Source of the DNA: Catajapyx aquilonaris
Lineage: Eukaryota
Direction: 5' to 3'
Length of the DNA stretch: 64,000 bases
Assembly (NCBI GenBank): GCA_000934665.2
Contig: JYFJ02000499.1
Coordinates: 62,001 to 126,000 of the forward strand
Positions 39,501 through 50,860 of the stretch are shown piece by piece. A program made the translations under genes and the position numbers. How positions within the stretch are numbered: the first letter of the stretch is position 1; each line of letters begins with the position of its first letter. The notes under the pieces were generated by a model. The model did no database searches. It was not told where the DNA came from and saw only the letters and a list, made by a program, of their open reading frames with translations.

Positions 39501-42500
39501 TTCAATTGCGGAGGGAACTACTGCATCACGGTGCGATGGAGATGCGATGGAGACATGGACTGTCCTGACGGTTCTGATGAGGAGGTACTTGGCAAAATAA
39601 AAAAATAGAAAAAAATCATATCTACAATACGCAGAAATGCAGATAAGGCTTTTAAACAGCGTGCAGATTCGACTTTTAAATATTGTACACATGTCATTTT
39701 AACATTGTGCAGATACTGATTTTTTTTTCTAAGAATGACTATGTAGGGTGCTCCAGGAGCATTTTCCAGCTTTGCAAAATTTCCAACTTTTGCATCAATT
39801 TAATTCAATGTGTGATTTCAGGGATGTATGACAGGATCGACCAACATAACGTCACATTGCAATGCCAGGGAGTTTGAGTGTGCAGATCGAATCAGCTGCA
39901 TACATCTGTCTTGGATGTGTGATGGTGACAAGGACTGCCCCGATGCGTCAGATGAGGATCCAGCACATTGCAAGCATGTGACATGTCGTCCAGACCAGTT
40001 CCAGTGCCGCAACATGGAGTGCATACCTGGGCATCTTCAGTGCAGTGGACAGGCGGAGTGCAGGGATGAAAGCGATGAGGAGAATTGCAGTATGTGATCA
40101 CATGTTTTTTTGGGGGGGATGGATCCCAGTTCAGTAGCTTATTGTGTCTTTCCTACAGCCACACCTATCACCCAGTGTGACCAGAAGACAGAATTTGACT
40201 GTGGTGGCGGAATGTGCATACCGCTGGAGAAGGTGTGCAACCAAGCGAATGACTGCGGGAACTGGGAGGATGAGCCACAGGACAAGTGCGGCCAGAACGA
40301 GTGTGAGACCAACAATGGAGGATGCTCCCAGAAGTGTGTCGACACACCAGGAGGATTTTATTGCGAGTGTCATGAGGGATTCAAGCTTATAGGAAACACC
40401 TCCTGCGAAGGTGAGGCTCAACTAGTTCTATCGCAGAAGTCAAGCTTCCTGTATTAGTTGGTACTCACCATCAACGAGTGGCTTGCAGCCAACTCGAATG
40501 GTCCATGAAGATCTTCCCTGACTGATTAAGGACAACGTTCCACTTTTCCAGATGTGAATGAGTGTGAACGTCCAGGTACTTGCTCTCAGACGTGCATCAA
40601 TGTGAAGGCTAGCTACAAGTGTGAATGCCAAGAGTATTATCTGAAGGATCCAAAGGACCACACCCGATGCAAGGCGGCAGAAGGGCATGCTTCACTCCTA
40701 TTCGCCCACAGGTTTGACATCAGGAAGATTTCACTGGACCACCACGAAATGACTTCCATCGTCAACAACACCAGAAGTGCAACTGCATTGGACTACGTGT
40801 TTCGCATGGGCATGATTTTCTGGAGCGATGTCAATGACGAAAAAATTTACAAGTATGTGTTTGGATCCATGTCTGACATGCCCAGTTCTAATATTAATTT
40901 TTTGATAGGGCGCCAATTGATGAGGGCAAGGAGCGGACTGTTGTCATCAGGGACGAAGTGACCACTGCTGATGGACTTGCAGTTGACTGGATTTACAGCC
41001 ACATCTACTGGACCGACACTGGCAAAAATACAATTGAAGTTGCAGACTTTGACGGCAAGATGAGAAAAGTGCTTCTTACTGATGAGCTGGAGGAACCTAG
41101 GTCCATTGCTGTCAATCCTTTTGACGGGTATGGTATAATTACAGATGTTATATGGATTTGAAAACCAGTTTCACATTATGATCAGGATTCAATAAGCTCT
41201 AATTGAGATTCTTTAATATTGGGTTGACGAGATCAACTATAAACTGATGCTTTACAGACGTTGTAAGGACCTATAAATGCTAGAAAGAGTTTGTTCAAAT
41301 AATTTACTTCTAGGTGGATGTACTGGACTGACTGGGGCACCACACCCAAGATTGAGCGTGCAGGAATGGATGGTTCTCACAGGCAGACCATTGTCTCGAC
41401 TCAGATCAAATGGCCCAATGGTCTCACACTGGATCTGGTTCTGAAGAGGATCTACTGGATTGATGCCAAGCTGAACCTGGTCTCGTCCTGCAACTTCGAT
41501 GGCTCAAAGAGGCAGGTGGTCTTGTACTCTCCCGAGTCTCTTCAGCATCCATTCTCCATCACCACCTTCGAGGACTGGATCTACTGGACCGATTGGGACA
41601 AGCAGGCCATCTACAAGGCAAACAAGTTCAACGGCAAGGACGTCAATCCGATCACTGCCACCCACTGGGTATATACACACCATTCGCACTTCTGGACTCT
41701 TTTTTCTTGCATGTTTTATCTTATTTTTTCGGTTTTTTTTTACTCGAAGAACACTTCGAAATTCCAGCTGCAGATGCCCATGGTCATCCACATCTACCAC
41801 CCTCTAAGGCAACCTGACGGAATCAATCACTGCTTGCCTCTCAATGGACACTGCTCTCACCTTTGCCTCCCTGCACCTCAGATCAACGACAGGTCACCCA
41901 AGATATCCTGCGCCTGTCCGGATGGTCTCAAAATCATGGATGATGCCCTCACCTGCGTGGAAGAAGGTCAGATAATTGCATCCACAGGACCATAGCAGAG
42001 CATGATCTAATAACTCAATATATAATAATTCTGGCATGTATACATTCATTAATTAGGCATGATAGTTACTTGCATTTAAAATTTAGTCGCTCCTAGAACT
42101 GAATTAGGGCATGGTCAACGTTGGAATGTGAGAGGTCTGAATGATTTGCAGTTGCAGTGCTGGACAAACTCATGCGCTATGTATAATGTCAGGCTGCGGT
42201 CCTTCTCTCGCTATTGGGCTGTGGCTCTGGTTTCTATCTATTTTTGTTACTGTTTCAGCTCCCGAACATCATCTGGTCAGATACAAAACAAGCACTACTA
42301 CTGTTCCTTCCAGTGGGGTCACTGCTAGAACTCCTGCCAAGAAACCCACCTCTCTCGACCCATCCACTAGCACCCCTCCCAGTAGCACCCAAAGCTCTGT
42401 CCTCCTGACAGTTATCAGTTCAGTTTCCACCACTCCCAATAGTTCTGCCGATCTGTTCAGTAGTGACACCGAACCCATTGACAGCTTCGCTACTGGCACC

Positions 42501-45240
42501 ACCGTCAATCCTGTTGATAATGACACTATTTCCAACACCGTTACTAGTGATTCTCCTGCACTGGTGTCGGAATTGTCTAGCCCTGGCACTACCATGCCAC
42601 CCACCGTCACAGGTTCCTCATACCCAACCATTGGCAGTGTTTCTTCAACCACCACTGATTCGACTAGTGCAATATCTCTCATTCCTAGCATTAATTCTAC
42701 AGGTATTGTACAAACAATCAAGAAGCAAATAGAGTTGACTCCTTTTTCCACTGCCTTATTTACTATCGCATAGGGTACACACTTGAGGATTTGTAGACAA
42801 CACCTGCACCAAATCACTTCTGGTCAACCTCTTCTCTTTGCTAACTGTCCGGCTAATTTGGTGGAATGAATTCACCAAATTAGGATTTTATCTTGTGTGT
42901 TTGTCCCAACGAAAGCATGTGAATGAATTCTCCAACAGCGGGGAAGATGAGCATGTGTATTTCAGCTGGGGTGCTTGTACTGACAGGTTTTGGTATCCTG
43001 AGTAGTTATGACATCACGTAGCACTTTTCTTATTGGTGTGGTCAATAATGGTGTGAGCATGTCCAGGTTGAGAGTGACAGTATAAGTTGTGACCTAAAAG
43101 AGGAACGACAGCTTCTCAACTCAGGACCATGCATGATCAGTGGTCAGGTTGTAAATCTGTCAATTCACCTCTTGTGTCAGCAGATAATTATTCTACATCA
43201 TAATTTAAACCTACCCGTACCAGAAAAAGTCATCAAACAATTTACAACTCAATTGTAATTCAATTTGTCACACTTAACCTGATGCTATGCTTACCCCATT
43301 CCATGTGGTAGTGGAGTTATTTAGCAATAACCTTCCAAATGCAGATGTGGTAGAATTTAATTGAAATTTTGTTTGTTTTTACTCATGTGCTGTTAATTAT
43401 TGTGTGTGTGGGGCGTACACCAAAATGCACTGCATTTGCAAATTCATTTGCAACATAAATTCTGTGTGTTGATTTGAACATCTGGTGTGCACACGCAGGT
43501 GGTCCAAAGTAGACTCCTTCGAGTACTAGACACACTGCTGCTGCTGGCATGAACCTTAATAATTAATAAAAATTAATAATATCCAAAACCATGCTGTTAT
43601 GTAACATTTCATCAAATTAATATTCCATGCCACTCTGTCAAGTATTGCAGGAGCTTATTATTGTGGACCACCTGGTAGGTGAGTGACTCAGCTGATATCG
43701 TATGCGGACATGCACCTGCCGCATGTTGTTTGCCACATACACTGCCATGTCAACGTTCTGGCCATGGTGAAACGGACGTGTCTTTGTTCCGTATCTCATG
43801 AGTATTTATATTGCCTGCCTGTACAAACACAAGTGGTACATTGCGAGCATTGCTGATAAGATATTGGCTGAGTCATACTCGTAGCGTCTGTGTGGCAGTA
43901 TAGCTTGCAATTCAGAGTTGTGCAGTCGGTGCCAGATAATAAGATGGAGCATTCTACTTTAGGTATGATCATCAACACCAATGGCAGTCGTTACCAGCCT
44001 GGTTACCAGCCTGACGGAAATGACAGGATTGTCAACGAAGTTCCTGATGTTGACAGCAACGGAGCTGTTGCCGGCATTGTCATTGGTGTCGTGTCAGCAA
44101 TTGTTCTCCTGGCAGCACTGGTAAGTTCACTAGATTTTTTGGGTCAATCCAAGTTTACGATTTCATAAAGCCTCCTGATATGAGATGACACCATTAAGTT
44201 AATGTTGCATCATGTAACTTTGGGCTTCCCAAATATGTCACCATCCATCATCTGGAATGAGAAGTGCCTTGGTTTTTTTTTCTTTCTCTTGAATTCATCT
44301 TAATTTCATTCTAAACTCTTCCAGATTGCATTTGTGGTCTATCGCCACTACCTGCATAAAAACGCCAACAGCATGAATTTTGACAACCCAGTCTACAGGA
44401 AGACCACTGAGGACCACTTTTCTTTGGAGAAGAATCCGTACCAACATGCCAGAACATACCCAGTCTCCATATCAGAGGAGGTGAGTTCCGTCCAAATATC
44501 ATTGGTGTCTTCCTAGTCGTGTTGTGTGGGTGGTGGAAAGATGAACCTGGATATTTTTTGTGTGGTGGTTGGCGGCTCACCGCAAATGCAATGAATGTGA
44601 TTGTCGAGCCGCAGTAGTACATAGCTGTGTTTTCACTATTAAGCATGATGTGTTCAAATATCTTTGTCAATATATAAGCCATTTGTTCCTTTCATGCCAG
44701 ACAGGACCAATAATAAGTGAGAATGCGGTGAGTAGTCGACCAGCACTACTTTATGGCATCTTTCCACCATTACACAATCATAATTACTATCTGACACAGT
44801 ACAAAAATATGCAGCAACATGACCTTAATCAAGTGCAGAGTTCATTAACATTTGCTGTGTTAGATGTTGCCATGTTTCAATGTGAATTTTCAGGGGGATT
44901 CAAGGGAATGTGAGGGACTCCAAGTGTGAGGAACATAATAATATTTAATTACATACACATATAATTATGACAAACTGAAATGTTTAGCTGTGAATGCTAA
45001 GTCATAATGTGTCACAACCATTTTATTCTGTAAAAATTATGTTTCATCTGCAGCACCTGCACTATGAAAACACTATATTGAAGAAAGTACGCCTTAACAT
45101 ATAACCTTCGCTAGAGGTCGTACCGATGCTGCTTGTCACATGCTTGACACGTGAAAACACAATGGTGAATTGATCTGTAATTTTCCCCCCCACAGGCGCA
45201 GGAGCCGCTGACAAGTCCAGGAACAAACGACTACGTATAA
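3472..45240 (+). CDS. LpR: Lipophorin receptor / VLDL-receptor-like protein (LDLR family), whole gene model; join(3472..3583,24434..24556,27988..28110,39358..39584,39822..40089,40159..40410,40552..40852,40909..41127,41314..41668,41768..41966,42259..42702,43963..44120,44325..44480,44701..44727,45196..45240)
   Basis: GT-AG exons join in consistent phase to 3009 nt (1002 aa + stop). Domain order: signal peptide, 7 LA repeats (C..F.C..G.CI...W.CD...DC.DGSDE..C), EGF-A/B, YWTD repeats, EGF-C, S/T-rich domain, TM, FDNPVY, C-terminal [14 protein letters not shown] typical of insect LpRs. Confidence 0.93.
7189..7365. mobile_element. Foldback/MITE-like element with about 77-bp inverted arms
   Basis: Left arm 7189-7266 (TAAGCCATACACGGTCGAGTTTCAAAAGAGCATTTCTTTTGT...) is a near reverse complement of 7289-7365; TA at both ends; no coding capacity. 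Confidence 0.8.
24434..24556 (+). CDS. LpR: LpR exon, LA repeat
   Basis: tttcttacag|AA GCG AGG ACG TGT... = [41 protein letters not shown], donor C|GTAAGT; 123 nt, phase 1-1. Confidence 0.95.
27341..27825 (+). repeat. Tandem array of CCAATC-box subunits (about 29-bp subunit, 84-85-bp higher-order repeat)
   Basis: CCAATC starts at 27400, 27430, 27459, 27485, 27515, 27544, 27570, 27599, 27628, 27654, 27683, 27713, 27762, 27791 and 27818, plus CCACTCAG variants at 27343 and 27370. Confidence 0.95.
27988..28110 (+). CDS. LpR: LpR exon, LA repeat (absent from the ORF track in this frame)
   Basis: cctcttgcag|AA ATA AAG ACC TGC... = [41 protein letters not shown], donor A|GTAAGA; 123 nt, phase 1-1. 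Confidence 0.95.
37383..38076. repeat. Three diverged copies of a GC-rich composite motif
   Basis: GATG(G/A)CC(A)CTGGCGA ... C(A/G)GCAG(A/C)TG ... TTCCGCCGCG(T/C)TCAT at about 37387-37500, 37528-37690 and 37964-38076. Confidence 0.7.
39358..39584 (+). CDS. LpR: LpR exon, two LA repeats
   Basis: ttttcag|AC GAG ACT TGC = [76 protein letters not shown]|gtact. Confidence 0.95.
39822..40089 (+). CDS. LpR: LpR exon, two LA repeats
   Basis: tttcag|GGA TGT ... [33 protein letters not shown]...CRPDQFQC...DESDEENC, donor A|GTATGT. Confidence 0.95.
40159..40410 (+). CDS. LpR: LpR exon, last LA repeat and EGF-A
   Basis: cctacag|... [21 protein letters not shown]...[25 protein letters not shown], donor G|GTGAGG. 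Confidence 0.95.
40552..40852 (+). CDS. LpR: LpR exon, EGF-B and start of YWTD propeller
   Basis: ttttccag|AT GTG AAT GAG TGT (DVNEC)...IFWSD..., donor AA|GTATGT. Confidence 0.95.
40909..41127 (+). CDS. LpR: LpR exon, YWTD propeller
   Basis: tttgatag|G GCG CCA ATT GAT GAG GGC (KAPIDEG)...[16 protein letters not shown]...EPRSIAVNP, donor GG|GTATGG; the upstream intron is 56 nt. Confidence 0.95.
41314..41668 (+). CDS. LpR: LpR exon, YWTD propeller
   Basis: ttctag|G TGG ATG TAC TGG ACT GAC TGG GGC (WMYWTDWG)...WPNGLTLD...IYWTD..., donor TGG|GTATAT. Confidence 0.93.
41768..41966 (+). CDS. LpR: LpR exon, EGF-C
   Basis: attccag|CTG CAG ATG CCC = [40 protein letters not shown]...CACPDG, donor G|GTCAGA. 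A second in-frame AG lies 6 nt downstream. Confidence 0.92.
42259..42702 (+). CDS. LpR: LpR exon, Ser/Thr-rich O-linked sugar domain (probably an alternative cassette)
   Basis: tgtttcag acceptor and AG|GTATTG donor; 444 nt, phase 1-1; S/T/P-rich translation between EGF-C and the TM helix. Confidence 0.8.
43963..44120 (+). CDS. LpR: LpR exon, juxtamembrane region and TM start
   Basis: ctactttag|GT ATG ATC...[26 protein letters not shown]. The acceptor is uncertain: in-frame AGs also occur at 43917 and 43935. Confidence 0.85.
44325..44480 (+). CDS. LpR: LpR exon, TM end and cytoplasmic FDNPVY internalisation motif
   Basis: cttccag|[37 protein letters not shown]...SEE|GTGAGT. Confidence 0.95.
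44701..44727 (+). CDS. LpR: LpR candidate 27-nt microexon (TGPIISENA) in the cytoplasmic tail
   Basis: ttgttcctttcatgccag acceptor and GCG|GTGAGT donor; phase 0-0, no stop. Confidence 0.6.
45196..45240 (+). CDS. LpR: LpR terminal coding exon
   Basis: ttttcccccccacag|GCG CAG GAG CCG... = [14 protein letters not shown]. Confidence 0.93.
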   Translation, partial: AQEPLTSPGTNDYV

Positions 45241-48028
45241 CTAGGTGGCCCAGGTAGCTGTATGAAGCGTGAATGATCACAAACTCAGCGTGTGAGCTCG
45301 AATCCAAGTGTGTGAGTGTGAGTGATAGCCTGGGTGACGATGACAGCTGACTTTGTTGGACTTGGTCCTCCTGTTCAAGAGGAGGGTTCTCCTAGAAGAA
45401 GAAAAAAAGCATTTTTGAGGGACGTGGCAGAGCGTGTGCGAACCAGGTTGAGAAGAACGGGAGACAACAGAATAATATAGTTATTGGCGAGGCAAGCGAG
45501 CCAAAGGCTTCTTTGTTGTCTCTGCACACCAACACAAAAAAATGTATAGTTGTAGGCTACTTGTCCAAAGTGATGTTTTGTACAAGTCGTGTTATTATTA
45601 TTAATATTATTATAATTTTTTGTCAAAGGGCCTCCCTGCAGATAGGGAAAACCTTGTTGTGATGATTCTACTGCGTTTTTTTTTCGAGAGTTGCGAGACG
45701 ACTCGATGATAAAAAAATACGTCTTGAAGCAAAGCATTTTTTTGATGAAAAACAGGACGCCAATCGTATCCCTCCAAAGTGTACTGCGCAGTTATTTTGT
45801 GTGTGCGGTGTTTGAACACATCGTACCCAAATGTAATGCAGCTTCCTGCTTCTGTAGGTTGGGACATATCACCAAGTCAGCAGCAAAATCGGGAGTGGTG
45901 TTTTTAAGTCAATGCAACAAAAAAATATATATATTAAAGGTTTGCTCCATAGTTGGAAAAATTCCAGTTAGTATAGTCCAACAGCATGTGTGCCAAGGTT
46001 TTTTAATTAAATATTTCCTCACGATGTGAACAGGCGCGTCTGACTTAGGCTAGGATGACATTTCCCTGTAAGCCATTCACACATTGTATGATATCCCAAG
46101 AGATGTTTTTTGCTATAGTTAAGTAGAAGCAGCATGGATCTGAATTGCTCAAGTGTAGATGTTTAAAAGAAAACCACCCCTAACAACAACTTAAAAAGCA
46201 AAAAAAAAAATATATCCCTAATCCATTGTAAATACATTACCAGAGTTATTTTTTAGTAATCATCCCCTTTTTCACACACTTGGCCATAAGTTATTGCTTG
46301 TCAAAGGAGCTTCACATCACCTTCATTTTGCTATCAGCTGCTGTCAAAATCATTGTTTTTTTTTACAACTAATTTTTCTCGTGAATGGCTACTTGCGAGG
46401 TGCACCATTTTCAGTTACTCATAGTGCATTTCTTTTATCCGCTCAGTTGCGCCAATAATTATTTTCAAGGACGAGGTGCATCAAGGTGTCTCTCAGATGC
46501 TTGAAATATAACATTATTCAACTATCTTTCATACCCTTGGGCTTTTTGAAAAATAAAGTACGTACATAATATATGAATAGATAAATATATCTTATCTACC
46601 TGTCTTTAATACAATTTTTAAAGGGTTTAACGCAAGGGGAGTTCGCTGGAAAGTGGTAGCACGAAAATAAACAAAAAAAAAAGATTATTTACAATCTAGC
46701 AGTATTAGCTGACTTTAGAGGCTTGCGATAATTTTTGCTGAGCCTCATTGTACTGATGGGTGAACAAACAAAAAATAGCTGTCACTATAATTGTTCAAAT
46801 GGATGAGGTAGGGGAGAAAAATCATTGAAGCCGGTCATAGAAGAAACTAACGAACATGAGGAAACTAATGAGGGAAAGACAATGAAAGCTACTGTGATGA
46901 GCCAGTCTGGTGTGTGTGCAATTTGTAATAATTTTAATTTTGTGTCCTTTTTGTGGAGAGAGGGAGTCGAACCACATTACAAAAGAATTGAGTTTTCTTC
47001 TTCTTGGTTTAAACTTTTTGTCAAGTGCCAACTAATAATAACCTGAGTGTGACCACTTTTATGTGCAAAGTACACATTTGAAAAAGTTTTCTGGACGAGA
47101 GATCATCCTATTAACTCTTCTTTGGAAGAGAACATGTGCCATAAGTCAAATCTGCTCTCTCCAGCTTTACGCAGCGATTTTCTTCGGATTTATTTCTTTG
47201 TAATGTGGTTTTTATTACAAGTGTGTTCAATTTTCTAGGTGAAAAAAGTCATGACAAGTCTACTCTGTAAGGGATGGAGATAATACAGTACCCGAGATAC
47301 AGGAACATTTTATTAAGTGGATCGTTCGTAATAAAGTGCCCTTTGTCGAAAAAAGGTTAACGTAACCATATGTGCGGAGAATCCCAGCATTGCCTACATT
47401 AGTGCAATTCAGGTAGACTTGTCATGAACACGGCAAGCAAAACTACAAAAAAAAAAAATTTAACCGCATGTCATTCTAGAAAGTAGGCAGAATGTCACAC
47501 AAAATGTCATACTTTTTCTACCAGGAATCAAACACACAATTATAATGTTCTCAGTCACATTCCAATGATAGGTGACAATTTTAATTTTTTTTTTGTCGTA
47601 CAGAAAATTGTATAGAGAATACACTGTACGTGAATGGAATCTAAAAGTCAACGTGGGCGAATCCACCTGTTGACTTCGTGTATATACGAGTCTGTGTTTA
47701 TATTGCTTCCAAAAAAAAACAAAAATAGCTCGTGTTTCCGGTGTAGTAGATTGCCACGCAACTGACATTTAGTAGTCAGGTAGGGGACTCCTTTATTTAC
47801 AATTTTTTTAGTGTTTTTTGAGAAACAAGAGTCGTTATGTCAGTGGTCGTATTTTGAAGTCTCATTGGCAGGCCCATATGGAGTGAAATTCAACAAGCCC
47901 TAATGACAAATGAGCTTGAAACTAAAGAAAACAACTGAGTTCCTAATTTTCGAATCTTGCATTTGTTCCGATACTTTTTGAGTTCACTTTCAATATATCT
48001 GCCATGTTGTTATTGTACAATGGTTGTC

Positions 48029-48034
48029 AATAAA
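48029..48034 (+). terminator. Candidate distal poly(A) signal of LpR (about 2.8-kb 3' UTR)
   Basis: AATAAA with TGTA upstream and a GT-rich tract downstream. Further AATAAA hexamers occur near 46552, 46666 and 47330. Confidence 0.4.
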
Positions 48035-50512
48035 TATTATAAAGAAACTTGTGCTGTTGCATGTGAATAACCAACGAGTTTTCAGCCTTTGCCTTGGAGG
48101 ACAAGCCTGCAACCTCTCAAGCACACCATTGACGTCAGCTCCTTTTTGACCTTATTATGGATTCTTTAGTCGGATTTCAGCATTGATTTTCGGCATGGAA
48201 TTTTCTGGAACTTCAGGCATTACGCAAGCAGCTCTCTCTTGATCTCCAGTGTCAGAGGAAATTTTAGACTATAACCGAGTTGAAGCTGAAAAGTTTTTTT
48301 TTATTGTTATTTTTAGGTGCTCCTTTCATCATTTTCCCATCAAGTCGACTTATTGCAAATGCTGAGAAGGCCTAGTTTATTGAGATGGCATTATCCACAT
48401 CCTTGATGGTGGTATTGTAAATCCCAGACATCTTCGACAAATAGGTGCAGCCACACTATGACCCAGGTTATCGCAGAAGAGATGATGTGAAAAGTAATTA
48501 AGCCTGTCTCTGACTCAGGCTGTACTTTTGTCACCCCAAACAATCAGCCAAATGATGATTACTGATTGCATGGTTCTACATGGCCAACTGGAATAGCGAT
48601 GGTAAATTGGTAATGCAGCAAAATTCATTGCTGCTTGTATTGTAGTTTGTAGCAATACATTTTCACATGTTTCTGACTTATTTGCTGCTGTCAAAAGTTT
48701 GCTTCTTGCCTGCGCAAAGTAGCCCACAGGCCAGGGAACAAAGTTAATTGGCCAAAAGTTCTTCATGCTGTTGGCCTTTTATCACACTACATGTACCAAC
48801 ATTGGTAGAACGTTGGTTGGTTTATCTTGGAAGTAGGCCTACGTCAGCTGGTAATATACATATAACTTATATTAATGTTTTGCGGTTTACAGCGTATAGA
48901 ACACACTGGAGTACATATGAGAATAGGTGCGTAAAACCAGCTTATTTGGTAGGTCTAATAAATTATGCTAAATTTAACTATCGTGCACCCCATATTGAAA
49001 ATGCCGAGTAATAAAAAATCACTATTGACATCATATTCAATTTGCAGTTATTTGTTGCTGTGGTCAGTACCCTACTTTTGCTCTACATGTCTGCTACATG
49101 TAAAAAATAAAACACTGATGCAGAATTTTATGAGCACTGTCAGAGATTATTATCAAAAATCATTGCATAGTAGGCCTATAAATAATGCAGTAGCATGTCA
49201 ACATGCATCATGTAAGCAACTGCATGTGCATGTTTTCCTCAATTTCATGCGCCGGATTAATTTTGACCTTTGACCCATCTGCCAACTGCGATAATTCAAA
49301 TCTTTGGCTATACGCGATGCATATTTTCAGTACCTCATCCTGTACCCACATTTTAGTCTTTTAAACTTCCGATATTATGCCTACATTCTACCCCTTGGCA
49401 TTTCCCGATAATAAAAAAAGCAATATTGTCGTTAAGAGTTAGGATTATTTTGCTGTGACTCGGTGAGCACAACTCTCCTTGAAGTCTGCACAACTTTGTT
49501 ATTGTTATCTCTGCGGAAATACCTGGGAGCGAGAAACAGCGCTATAGTTTGGCCCAACAATGATGTGTTCATTATCCGGTTGTGTGGGTCCAATGAGCTC
49601 CCCCCCCCCCTCTGATTACTCTCGTTACGTCTTGTTTACTTGCTTCGGGCGAGTTGCTATTCGAAGCATCTTCCTCTCATCGTCAACAAAGCCTATAGCT
49701 GACAAAATACCCAGCACGTCACTCATGCTCCGTGCTGTTGACGCAGTTTTTTTTTGTGTATGTGTATGTGTGTGCTCACTTTTTAAATGACGTTCGTTAA
49801 CTTTGCTCATGCCCCAACATAATATTCGGATTAAGTTTAATAACAATACACTTTTATCAGCATCAACATCAGCAGGTTGTGATTCATTATACCATACTAC
49901 ATCGACTCTGCTGGTGTCCCTGGAGAGGAAATGACATGACAGTGCTCTATTATAATTATAGAACTGATTAGATTCGTAAGATATACTCTAGTACCGTACT
50001 GTCAATTTGTTGTCACACCTCGAATTCCTTTGCCCCACGTGATCGTAGTACGTTTCAGTGAATAGCAAATGCTTATCTATTCCTAGTAAGAATCGCGCGA
50101 TAATATCCCTATTGCAATCTTTTTTTTTCCCTGAAGCGCAGATCGGCCTTTGATCCGTGACTAACATGTAAACATCACATGCTGGGGGTTAACTGGGAAA
50201 TAAATGCACCAATTCATTACTTAGCAAAGCTTTAAGCTGCTTAGTAAAAAAAAAGAAGCAGTTGGCTGCTTAGTAATATAAGCAACTTACTGTTAGTGCG
50301 AAACTATGTTTTGGACATGCCTCCTTCATATGTATGTTGTTATGGTCCGGTTGTATGCAAATTAGTGTAATTAACCTGCAATTGATTCAATTTGGTATTT
50401 TTCCCGGGCTGGGCCGGCAAATTGGGTGTGGTTAGTTGGCAGTAGCGCCGCATCGCTCCCACCGTGTCGCCACCATCGCCCACACAACATCGCCCACACT
50501 TCTTTAAAAAAA

Positions 50513-50583
50513 CATCGATATTCCTACCCATAAGAAGACAACAGGAGATCGATCCTTTCATGGTTCCAAAATATCGATATTTT
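50513..50583. promoter_or_regulatory. DRE (DREF/BEAF-type TATCGATA) housekeeping promoter elements upstream of RAD54L2
   Basis: Perfect palindrome AAAATATCGATATTTT at 50568-50583, variant CATCGATA at 50513, and an adjacent CpG-rich tract at 50440-50500. Confidence 0.6.
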
Positions 50584-50700
50584 TTGATATGGTGGGGAGA
50601 GGAGCAGCTTTTTTTCTTTTTTTTTTCCTTCCCTCGTCCCTCTTCCTCCCCACTTCCCTCCTTCCCATCATCGAATCCATTCCATTGTGATTTTGTGTAA

Positions 50701-50860
50701 ATGGCCGACCTGTGCTGAAGAAAAGGGGGAAATATTCGCCTCTCTCGACCCCCCACCCAAGAGACGGAGCCGGGATAGGAGGAGAGGAAACGCTGGAGCA
50801 GGACCAGGGGCAAACTAGGGGCAGGAGACATGGAGAGAAGCAGGAACTGGACGTAGCAGG
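50701..50860 (+). other. Probable 5' leader exon portion of RAD54L2 (5' boundary unknown)
   Basis: Lies downstream of the DREs and ends in CAGG|GTGAGG; the next strong acceptor is tttgcatttcag at 53364. Confidence 0.45.

Noticed and set aside
42703..42773. Read-through of the O-linked exon to a stop, giving a soluble receptor
   Set aside because: No nearby poly(A) signal and a good donor is present; unsupported without transcripts.
42269..42817. 182-aa minus-strand ORF
   Set aside because: Antisense shadow of the Ser/Thr-rich LpR exon.
48515..48766. Minus-strand ORF with WPVGYF, faintly transposase-like
   Set aside because: No further supporting motifs or terminal repeats.
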